Shown here: positions 54,165-64,000 of the stretch, one piece after another
Layout of the letters: every line of letters starts with the position of its first letter
Position numbering within the stretch: the stretch's first letter is position 1
Source of the DNA: Eledone cirrhosa
Lineage: Eukaryota
Reading direction: 5' to 3'
Assembly: GCA_964016885.1 (NCBI GenBank)
Contig: OZ024747.1
Location: 90,458,001 to 90,522,000 of the forward strand
Length of the DNA: 64,000 nt
Notes under the pieces: generated by a model
The model's input: the letters and a program-made list of their open reading frames with translations, nothing else
The model's database searches: none
Told to the model about the DNA's origin: nothing
Made by a program: the position numbers and the translations under genes

Positions 54165-55590
54165 CTGTGTGTTGTTGTCTGGCATGTTCGTATAGTACTG
54201 AACCGTTTTTTCATCCTTTTAGTTCCCCCCAGTGTTGGTCTATCCTTTCACCTATGCTACGAGCTGTCTCGCCTATGTATGTTGTTGTCATGTTTCTGCA
54301 AGTACCCTATGTACATCTTATGCTAGAGACTACGTTTCTAGTTTTACAGTTTATCCGGGGGTTTACCTTACATATGATACATTTCCTATTAGTACAGTGG
54401 GTTTTCTTAAAAGGGTAGGTTTTGCTGATCAGAGATTTTATGGTGGTTCCTGGCTTTTCTACCACCCTGATCTTTAAGTGGGTCTTTCTCAGGGCCTTTC
54501 TACACTGGTTAGCTAATTTCCCTCCAGGGGTAGCGTCCACAAACATGACACTCTGGTATCTCTGATTGTCATACCATGAGGTGGCTTTCCCTATCTTATG
54601 TCTAGCCCTATCTAAGCTATTCCATGATTTGCTCCTGTATAATGGGCAAATTCCTTTCATGTTCAGTTCTATGAGGGTCTTATACTTCTCCGTGGCTCCT
54701 TCGTATACTCTGACTCTGTCTCTTTGGTTGTAGCCAGAGAACTGCATGCGGTTGATGAAGTGTTGGATGTGTCTTTCCATTTCTGTTGGGTCGCACATGC
54801 GGGACACGTTCTTCATCACTCGTACCAAGTCTGCGATCAGAATATTAAACTTAGCACTACTGGACATTGCTGAGTTTTTGAGTATCAGGTATTTGGAGGC
54901 CATGGGTTTAACATAGTGTGAGTGGAGAATTTGGGCTCTCTCGTCTATAGTGTTAATCCAGAGTTCCGTGTCTAATACAGGTAGTCTATTGTTAGGGTGT
55001 TTGGAAGGGTAGTCGATAGTTACAGTTATACTCTGGTGTATGGAATTAGCTATCTGCTGGATGCTTTCCATTGTGCTACGTTCTAAATCAAACTTGTTAG
55101 TGCTCTCTTGTGGGGATGTTCTTAAAACTATATTGATATCGTCTACGTAACGAGAGTACATGATGAGGTCTATGGAACTCTCATTAAGGAGATCTTTAAG
55201 TCTCCTTTCCCACCATACCATAAAAAGGTTGGCAACGTCACCAGCTATGCTGACGCCAATGGCTGCTCCCTTATTTTGGGTGTAGATCTTCTCGTTGAAC
55301 TTGAATATGTGGCCCTTTAGGGTAGTTTTGATACTAGCCCCTATTGCATGTGCGACCATTTTTCTTACCTGATCATTGTTTTGGGGGGTCCGTATAGCTT
55401 TGGTCCACCCAATTCACCTTCCCATGGGAGTCTTTTTAGCCATTGAGGTTATGGTGGTGGGGAGGGGTCTACCTCTTATGGGTCTACTGGGGCAGAAACG
55501 TCTAAGGTCATGGCTGTCTAGGTAGTCAGTGTCGTAGGTAAGTCTAAGTAGGGGGCCCAGCTCGTCTGTGTCGACGTCGCAGAACGCGCA
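54165..55590 (-). pseudogene. PLE RT + GIY-YIG endonuclease, disrupted
   Basis: ORF 54307-55359 continues past stops as GTCRNMTTTYIGETARSIGERIDQH. Confidence 0.9.
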
Positions 55591-55600
55591 AAACTATATA

Positions 55601-55662
<62 letters not shown>

Positions 55663-55830
55663 AATATAAATTAGCGAGAATCGTATTTCGGCTTAGGAAT
55701 TAACGAAAAACAACTTCCGAGATGTGTGGCAAGCGCTCAATGATTCAGATGAACCAGAGCTACAACATACGTTAAAGGCCAAACACAAAGAAACGACCAA
55801 GTAATTTGGGTCATATATATATATATATAT

Positions 55831-56197
55831 GCTTGCAATCGAAAGGTTGTGAGTTCAATTTTTGGACCGGGTGATGTGTTGTTTCCCTGAGCAAGACACT
55901 TTATTTCACATTGCTCCAGTCTACTCAGCTGTAGAAATGAGATGGGACTGGGGTCCCTATCATTCCACTGTAAAGTGGACGTATAGGTGCCACGGAAAAA
56001 AAGCACCCAGCACTCACTGTAAATGAGGTTGGTGTTAGGAAGGGCATCCAGCTGTAGAAATCAAGCCAGAATCTGTTCCCGTATGAGCAAGACAAGGTCA
56101 GCCGCCTTGACAGTGCCCCCAACAGGACAACCCATCTAACCCATGCTAGCGTGGAAGAACGAACCTAAAACGGTGATGATGATGATGATGATGATGA
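55831..56197 (+). mobile_element. tRNA-headed SINE with RTE 3' end, slightly 5'-clipped
   Basis: Homologous to 16891-17252; (ATG)n tail. Confidence 0.88.
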
Positions 56198-56625
56198 TAC
56201 ACAGACATGCATAGACACACACACAAATATATGTATGTGCATGAGTTCATCGGTATGTGTATGTGAACCATGTGTAAAAGTGTGTGTGTGTGTGTCTGTG
56301 TCTGTGTGTGTGTTCATGTGTGTTTGTTTTGTGTGTGTCTGTTTGTGTGTGTTTCTTTGTGTTTCTGTGTGTGTGGGTGTTTGTGTTTGTGTGTGGGTAT
56401 TTGTGCATGTGTGTGTTTCTGTGTGTGTGTGCATTGGTGCACATTGAAAGAGCCACCTATGCCAACAATATTATTGGCAATGACAATTCATCTAAAATAT
56501 AACAATACCTCTTTCAGCACTGAATTTCAGATCAAAACTCTTGCCAACCATTTATATAAAGGAATTATGTATATACACACACACACACACACACACATAC
56601 ATACATACATACATACATACATACA

Positions 56626-56661
<36 letters not shown>

Positions 56662-56666
56662 TATAT

Positions 56667-56986
56667 GGCACATGGCTTAGTGGTTAGAGCATTGGCCTTG
56701 CAATCGAAAGGTTGTGAGTTCAATTCTCAGACCGAGTGATGTGTTGTTTCCTTGAGCAAGACACTTTATTTCACATTGCTCCAGTTTACTCAGCTGTAGA
56801 AATGAGATGATAAGAACTGATTCTGGCTTGATTTCTACAGCTGGATGCCCTTCCTAACACCAACCTCATTTACAGTGAGTGCTGGGTGCTTTTTTGTGGC
56901 GCCTACACGTCCACTTTACAGTGTGGGCTGGGTGCTTTTTGCCGTGGCTCCTCCACAACCACCTTGCAGTGGGAGGGTGTGGGGGC

Positions 56987-56987
<1 letters not shown>
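56667..56987. mobile_element. SINE head (+) fused to an inverted RTE 3' UTR piece (-)
   Basis: 56667-56812 is a SINE 5' half; 56813-56987 matches 35002-35177. Confidence 0.75.
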
Positions 56988-57019
<32 letters not shown>

Positions 57020-57058
57020 CATCTCAAAGAACTCTGTCATCCCATCAGGTGTAATGAC

Positions 57059-57598
57059 AATACGGAAGATGATGTGGTTGAGAGGAAGAGAAAGGCCTGG
57101 GCGGCGTGCCACAGCTTGAGATCGGTGTGGAAGTCGGACCTTCGTAGAGACCTGGAAATCCGCCTCTTCATTGCTGTAGTGGAGTCTGTGCTGCTGTATG
57201 GGTCTGAGACTTGGACACTGACCAAGAAACTCACTCAGATGGTGGATGGGTGCTACACGAGAATGCTGAGGATGGCTCTGAACATTAATCAGTATACACT
57301 GAGGATGAAAAACTCAGAGCTGTATGGGAGCATCCCAAAAGTCAGCTCAAAAGTGACACAGAGGAGACTGAGGTTGGCTGGACATGCTCACCGACATCCA
57401 CAGTTGACATTGCACTCAGTGCTCCTTTGGGAGCCCCTACATGGACACACTAGAAGAGGAAGACCAAGGTTAACGTATGTTGATGCCCTAAGGACAGACA
57501 CTGGTCTGTTGGAGATGCAGGACATGGCAGCGATAATGAGGGACAGAGACCGCTGGAGAGAACTCGTCCATGGATCTCGGGAATTTTACCCGCCTTAG
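57059..57598 (+). mobile_element. RTE LINE 3' fragment (family B)
   Basis: [25 protein letters not shown]. Confidence 0.9.
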
Positions 57599-57605
57599 AT
57601 AGATA

Positions 57606-57679
<74 letters not shown>

Positions 57680-57829
57680 TATATATATACGTACATATAT
57701 ATATATATGCATATATATATACACATATATATATAAGGGGGTGTTGTATATAAATACATAGATGCGTAGAGGAAGAGTGTTTGTGTATAGTAAATAGCTA
57801 TCTCTTTCTCTTTCTCTCTCTGTATATAT

Positions 57830-58170
57830 ATGATGCCTGCATACGAACAGCAATGTTGCATGGCAGTGAGACCTGGGCATTGTGTGCAGAGGATATACGC
57901 AGACTAGAGAGAAACGAAGCTTGCATGCTCCGCTGGATGTGTAATAGTAATATACGTGAACGGCAAAGCATAAACGAACTAAGGAAAAAATTAGAAATAA
58001 GAGGGATCAGATGTTGTTTACTCGAGAGAAGGCTACGTTGGTATGGTCACGTGATGCGCATGAAGGACGATAGCTGTATAACAAAGTGCAGGGCAATAAA
58101 GATAGACGGTAGCCACGGAATAGGCAAACCCATGCAAGCGTGGAACACGGACGTTAAACGTTGATGATGA

Positions 58171-58175
<5 letters not shown>
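57830..58175 (+). mobile_element. RTE family A-related 3' fragment with an internal deletion
   Basis: [16 protein letters not shown]...RLRWYGHV joined directly to the terminal CCCATGCAAGCGTGGAACACGGACGTTAAACG-(ATG)n. Confidence 0.85.
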
Positions 58176-58210
<35 letters not shown>

Positions 58211-58282
58211 GAGCTTCCAACAGACATGGTTGCATTCTTTTAAGGGTATGTCAATATTTGTTTATAAAACTGATCTATATTA

Positions 58283-58346
58283 TATTTTATCTGATGAAAG
58301 CGCACCATAATTTTCTTTGTGTCCTTGAAATATGTATAATAAAATA
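58283..58346 (+). ncRNA. Minimal hammerhead motif (51266 family, diverged)
   Basis: TATTTTAT-CTGATGA...GAAA-TATGTA-TA-ATAAAATA. Confidence 0.6.
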
Positions 58347-58475
58347 AATATGGTTTTATAAATATAGTTTCCATTTATTAATATATTGTATTTTTACTCC
58401 AAAAATTTGTTGAGTGCTTTATATCAGTTATAAAAATATTTGCTTGTTGTATCCCAACAAATTAAATATAAATTC

Positions 58476-58542
<67 letters not shown>

Positions 58543-58698
58543 TAAAATAACAGATTAAAGTTTAAGCAAAGAATCGCTGCTTTCTCCCTTAACAGGATCT
58601 TCTGAAACTAACAAAGTCAATGTATATATTTAGAGAGAGAGAGAGCTATTTACATATATACAAACACTCTTCCTCCCACATATATGTACTTATACCTA

Positions 58699-58748
<50 letters not shown>

Positions 58749-58851
58749 AGTGTATACGTGTTTGTGCATGTGTGTTTGTGTGTGAACATGTGTGTCCATG
58801 TGCGTGCATGTGCATGTGTGTGTGTGTGTGGCTGTATATAAGCCATATGTA

Positions 58852-60688
58852 TTATCATCATCATCATCATCATCACCGTTTTACGTCCGTTCTTCCACGC
58901 TAGCATGGGTTAGACGGGTTGTCCTGTTGTGGGCAGTGTCTGGTCGGCTGACCATGCCTTGCTCATACAGGAACTGATCTGGCTTGATTTCTACAGCTGG
59001 ATGCCCTTCCTAACACCAACCTCATTTACAGTGAGTGCTGGGTGCTTTTTCGTGGCGCCTACACGTCCACTTTACAGTGTGGGCTGGGTGCTTTTTTGCC
59101 GTGGCACCTCCACGACCACCTTGCGGTGGGGGGGGGGGGGCATATTGTTTATATGCTTCAGCATGTACCCATGGGAGGTCGGGTACCCTGTATTACTGCG
59201 TGACGCCAGAAGTCACGGTCGTGTGTCATTGACTTTGAGAGGTGTAGTTGGGTAAGGTCGGCTTTTATCACCTCATCCCAAGTCATCTTGGGTCTCCCCA
59301 CTCCGCGGTTTCCATCAACTTCTAGTGCTCTGCACCTTTTTATGCAGCTGTCATCCTTCATACGCATCACATGTCCATACCAGCGTAACCGCCTCTCCTG
59401 CACGCAGCATTTGATTCCTCTTATGCTCAGTCTCTCTCTCAATTCATTTATGCTTTGTCGTTCACGTATATTACTGTTACACATCCATCGGAGCATGCAG
59501 GCTTCGTTTCTCTCTAATCTACGTAGGTCTTCCACCTTCAGCGCCCAGGTCTCACTACCATGCAACATCGCTGTTCGGATACACGCATCATACAGTCTGC
59601 CTTTCATTCTGAGGGAGAAGCCTTTTGCAGCTAGCAGTGGTAGTAGTTCCCTAAACTTCTTCCATCCCGTTCTTACCCTAGTTATTGTACTTTCTGAGCA
59701 CCCACCTCCGTTGCTAATTCGGTCACCTAGGTAGCAGAAGCTGTCTACTGTTTCTACAGGGCCCTCCCAGAGATTGGTGGTACTTGTTTCCTGTGGCTGT
59801 TTGCTTGCTGTTTCAGCACAGCTGCTGCATGTGAATCCTACATTCTTAATTAAGCTTCCTGAGATCCCGCTACATCTCTTGTGTACCCATTGTTTGCATT
59901 TGGGGCAAAGAATGGAGTTCCTACCTACACCTTTCCTACATACTGAGCAAGGCCATTTCCCTGAGGGGATCTGGGTTCTGTTTTCTCGTCTACTTATAAG
60001 GACCTTAGTCTTTGTCATGTTGACTTTGAGGCCCTTTCTCTCTAGTCCCTGCTTCCAGGTTTGGAATTTATTCTCTAGTTCTACCATAGATTCAGCTATG
60101 AGTGCGAGGTCATCAGCATACAGGAGTTCCCATGGGCATCCGGTCTTAAACTCCTCCGTTATTGCCTGCAGGACTATGATGAACAGGAGAGGGCTAAGAA
60201 CAGAGCCCTGGTGGACCCCAACCTGTACGCTAAATTCCTCGCTATACTCATTGCCAATCCTAACTTTGCTGACTGCTCCCCTATACATGGCTTGTACCGC
60301 TTTCACAAGCCATTCATCTACTCCTAGTTTTCTAAGAGCCCACCAGATTACTGCACGTGGAACTCTGTCAAAGGCTTTCTCAAGGTCGACAAATGCCAAG
60401 TAGAGTGGCTTACTTTTAGCTAGGTACTTTTCCTGTAATTGCCTCACAAGGAAGAGCGCATCAGTGGTGCCTTTCCCTGGTACAAACCCAAATTGCATCT
60501 CGTCTATATTCACCCGGTCCCTAACCAGCTGTGCTATAACTCTTTCTGTTACTTTCATGACCTGGTCCATCAACTTTATACCTCTATAGTTTCCTCTATC
60601 TAGTGCATCGCCTTTACCTTTGTAGCAGTTGACAATGATGCTACTGCACCAATCTTTTGGTATGGCCCCCTCTAGTATTACCTGGTTA
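58852..60688 (-). mobile_element. 5'-truncated RTE LINE (family A), near-identical to 34881-36813
   Basis: ORF 59158-60696; same 3' UTR and (ATG)n tail but a different 5' truncation. Confidence 0.95.
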
Positions 60689-61535
60689 CACATCAATAGT
60701 ATATCAAGATTACTGAACTATGTAATAAAGAAGGAAACTACATTATTTTCACTTACTTTACATCCACTCACCACTAAGTATGATTGTATATTTAAATTTC
60801 ATAAACGTTCAAATTATTCAAGCAATTTCTTTTATAGGATCTTACCATTTCTACCACTATCTACTCAACTATAATGTTGGCATCATATCTTCTCCACAAA
60901 AGTTCTGAGGTAGGTAAAACTATGTGCCTTCTTCAACATTATAACACCATGAAAATATTATGAATAGTCTAACATCTTAATTACACATCTGTGTGTATAT
61001 ATACCCCACATTATAGTATGGTTTAATCCCATAACTCGTAATGGAGTTGTAGATACACCATATTAACATACAGTGTTTCTTGGGCATTTTAAACCTGGTG
61101 GAACCCATTTCATCTCTAGACCACAGTAGATTTTTCCAGAGAAGGATAGAAAGTGAGAGAGAGGAAGTGAGAAAGAGATATAGAGGAAGAATCCACTCCA
61201 TTACTAGACTGGTACTTTTTTTATCGACCTCAGAAGGATAAAAAGCAAAGTTGACCTCAGAGAGGAGAGAACCACAAAGCATTCTATCCAACATTCTAAT
61301 GACTCTCCACATTATAACAAGGCTACACACATTTGTAATTATAAATGTTTAATAGCCATTATCATAACATTGATGGGTTATGGAAGTCAGTTACTGCTGT
61401 TTGATTCTAGAACTGGAGAATTGTTATATTATTATATACACAGTGTTTGGCAATTGTGCTTAATTATTGAAACTTGTATAAAAGAATGTAATAAGCAGGA
61501 ACGCATAAGATGAGAAAAAACTCAATTGATAAAAT

Positions 61536-63519
61536 CAGTGTAACTAGAATTACTGGTTACTAACAACAGAGCATCAGAGCCAGTGTAACTAGAGTTACTG
61601 GTTACTAACAACAGAGCATCAGAACCAGTGTAACTAGAGTTACTGGTTACTAACATCAGAACCAGTGTAACTAGAGTTACTGGTTACTAACAACAGAGCA
61701 TCAGAACCAGTGTAACTAGAGTTACTGGTTACTAACAACAGAGCATCAGAGCCAGTGTAACTAGAGTTACTGGTTACTAACAACAGAGCATCAGAACCAG
61801 TGTAACTAGAATTACTGGTTACTAACATCAGAGCCAGTGTAACTAGAGTTACTGGTTACTAACAACAGAGCATCAGAACCAGTGTAACTAGAATTACTGG
61901 TTATTAACATCAGAGCCAGTGTAACTAGAGTTACTGGTTACTAACAACAGAGCATCAGAACCAGTGTAACTAGAATTACTGGTTACTAACATCAGAGCCA
62001 GTGTAACTAGAGTTACTGGTTACTAACAACAGAGCATCAGAACCAGTGTAACTAGAGTTACTGGTTACTAACATCAGAGCCAGTGTAACTAGAGTTACTG
62101 GTTACTAACAACAGAGCATCAGAACCAGTGTAACTAGAGTTACTGGTTACTAACAACAGAGCATCAGAGCCAGTGTAACTAGAGTTACTGGTTACTAACA
62201 ACAGAGCATCAGAACCAGTGTAACTAGAATTACTGGTTACTAACATCAGAACCAGTGTAACTAGAGTTACTGGTTACTAACATCAGAACCAGTGTAACTA
62301 GAGTTACTGGTTACTAACAACAGAGCATCAGAGCCAGTGTAACTAGAGTTACTGGTTACTAACAACAGAGCATCAGAACCAGTGTAACTAGAGTTACTGG
62401 TTACTAACATCAGAGCCAGTGTAACTAGAGTTACTGGTTACTAACAACAGAGCATCAGAACCAGTGTAACTAGAGTTACTGGTTACTAACATCAGAACCA
62501 GTGTAACTAGAGTTACTGGTTACTAACATCAGAACCAGTGTAACTAGAGTTACTGGTTACTAACAACAGAGCATCAGAACCAGTGTAACTAGAGTTACTG
62601 GTTACTAACATCAGAGCCAGTATAACTAGAGTTACTGGTTACTAACAACAGAGCATCAGAACCAGTGTAACTAGAGTTACTGGTTACTAACATCAGAGCC
62701 AGTGTAACTAGAGTTACTAGTTACTAACATCAGAGCCAGTGTAACTAGAGTTACTGGTTACTAACATCAGAGCCAGTGTAACTAGAATTACTGGTTACTA
62801 ACATCAGAGCCAGTGTAACTAGAATTACTGGTTACTAACAACAGAGCATCAGAACCAGTGTAACTAGAGTTACTGGTTACTAACATCAGAGCCAGTGTAA
62901 CTAGAATTACTGGTTACTAACAACAGAGCATCAGAGCCAGTGTAACTAGAGTTACTGGTTACTAACATCAGAGCCAGTGTAACTAGAATTACTGGTTACT
63001 AACATCAGAGCCAGTGTAACTAGAGTTACTGGTTACTAACAACAGAGCATCAGAACCAGTGTAACTAGAGTTACTGGTTACTAACATCAGAGCCAGTGTA
63101 ACTAGAATTACTGGTTACTAACATCAGAGCCAGTGTAACTAGAATTACTGGTTACTAACAACAGAGCATCAGAACCAGTGTAACTAGAGTTACTGGTTAC
63201 TAACATCAGAGCCAGTGTAACTAGAATTACTGGTTACTAACATCAGAGCCAGTGTAACTAGAGTTACTGGTTACTAACAACAGAGCATCAGAACCAGTGT
63301 AACTAGAGTTACTGGTTACTAACATCAGAGCCAGTGTAACTAGAATTACTGGTTACTAACATCAGAGCCAGTGTAACTAGAGTTACTGGTTACTAACAAC
63401 AGAGCATCAGAACCAGTGTAACTAGAGTTACTGGTTACTAACATCAGAACCAGTGTAACTAGAATTACTGGTTACTAACATCAGAACCAGTGTAACTAGA
63501 GTTACTGGTTACTAACATC
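61536..63519. repeat. Minisatellite of interspersed 45-bp and 37-bp units
   Basis: TCAGARCCAGTGTAACTAGARTTACTGGTTACTAACA(ACAGAGCA). Confidence 0.97.
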
Positions 63520-64000
63520 AAAGTAAATAAGGTGAAATGTAATTAAAGGGAAGCTGGCATAAGACATCTCAGAGAGAATGGATCCTAGTTTATCCTCTCT
63601 GAGACTTTCTAGTGAATCTCTTGCCTTATAGTATATCCTTAATATATGTTTCTGTTATTTATTCAGTACATACCCCCCTATAATTTCTTAATTCCAAAGA
63701 TTAATGCAATTTTTCCCTGGCAACCTGATATTGCAAATCTTTTCTCACAGACCAACACACTGACTCCTGTAACCTGCAAGTGGTATGAAATGCCCCCAAT
63801 TTTCAGTTGTACTTCAGATCTATTAAATCATCTATTCTTCTTAGTTTGCTCTTATTATTCTTATGGGAGAAAAAGAAAGAGAATGGATATGAGGTGACGT
63901 GTAGGTTGGGGTAGATAGATACATTGAGAAATTGAAATTCAGAGGCAGAGATTGAGAAAAAGAAAGAGACGATTTATTATCAGCATTAAGTCCACTAGTG

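Larger units (their letters stand above)
53735..55595 (-). mobile_element. PLE-2: 5'-truncated PLE, probably Naiad-like
   Basis: RT with a long insert before motif B (DELG...RFCPSR..GRP..TIT..W), GAAIGVSIAG, YSRYVDD, Cys linker and GIY-YIG with stops; (TA)n flanks. Confidence 0.9.

Noticed and set aside
54165-55450. In-frame TGA codons as selenocysteine (reported for some Naiad PLEs)
   Set aside because: The TGAs fall at a probable Trp position (R*IGW) and at a non-Cys position. The linker cysteines are ordinary TGT/TGC, and a TAG is also present, so this is decay.
61536-63519. CRISPR-like palindromic repeat array
   Set aside because: No unique spacers, no cas genes, eukaryotic context. The same applies to 1-1241 and 32637-33616.
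63640-63900. Possible host exon near the window end
   Set aside because: Splice-like motifs exist, but there is no recognisable protein similarity or convincing frame.

Overview
AT-rich eukaryotic non-genic DNA, most consistent with a cephalopod (octopus-like) genome. That taxon call is an inference from the (TA)n/(CA)n/(TATG)n density, Meta-domain tRNA SINEs, RTE LINEs with (ATG)n tails and abundant Penelope-like elements (PLEs). I found no host protein-coding gene; nearly all listed ORFs are microsatellite artefacts. The real coding remnants are retroelements: four PLE RT/GIY-YIG remnants, three long RTE RT copies (two almost identical), small RTE fragments and one L1/Tx1 3' fragment. There are also SINEs, piggyBac- and Tc1/mariner-type MITEs and several minisatellites. 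Three things stand out. (i) At least 8 sequence families of minimal type-I hammerhead ribozyme motifs lie in PLE 3' regions, including a U3-A8 compensatory core variant. (ii) A head-to-head fold-back insertion architecture recurs, anchored in (TA)n tracts. (iii) The fold-back at 7455-7836 carries 27 T>C changes out of 28 substitutions in its two paired arms (A>G on the minus strand), with ADAR-like neighbour preference and none in the unpaired parts. This looks like an A-to-I hyper-edited RNA that was reverse-transcribed into the genome. All alignments and folds were done by eye.
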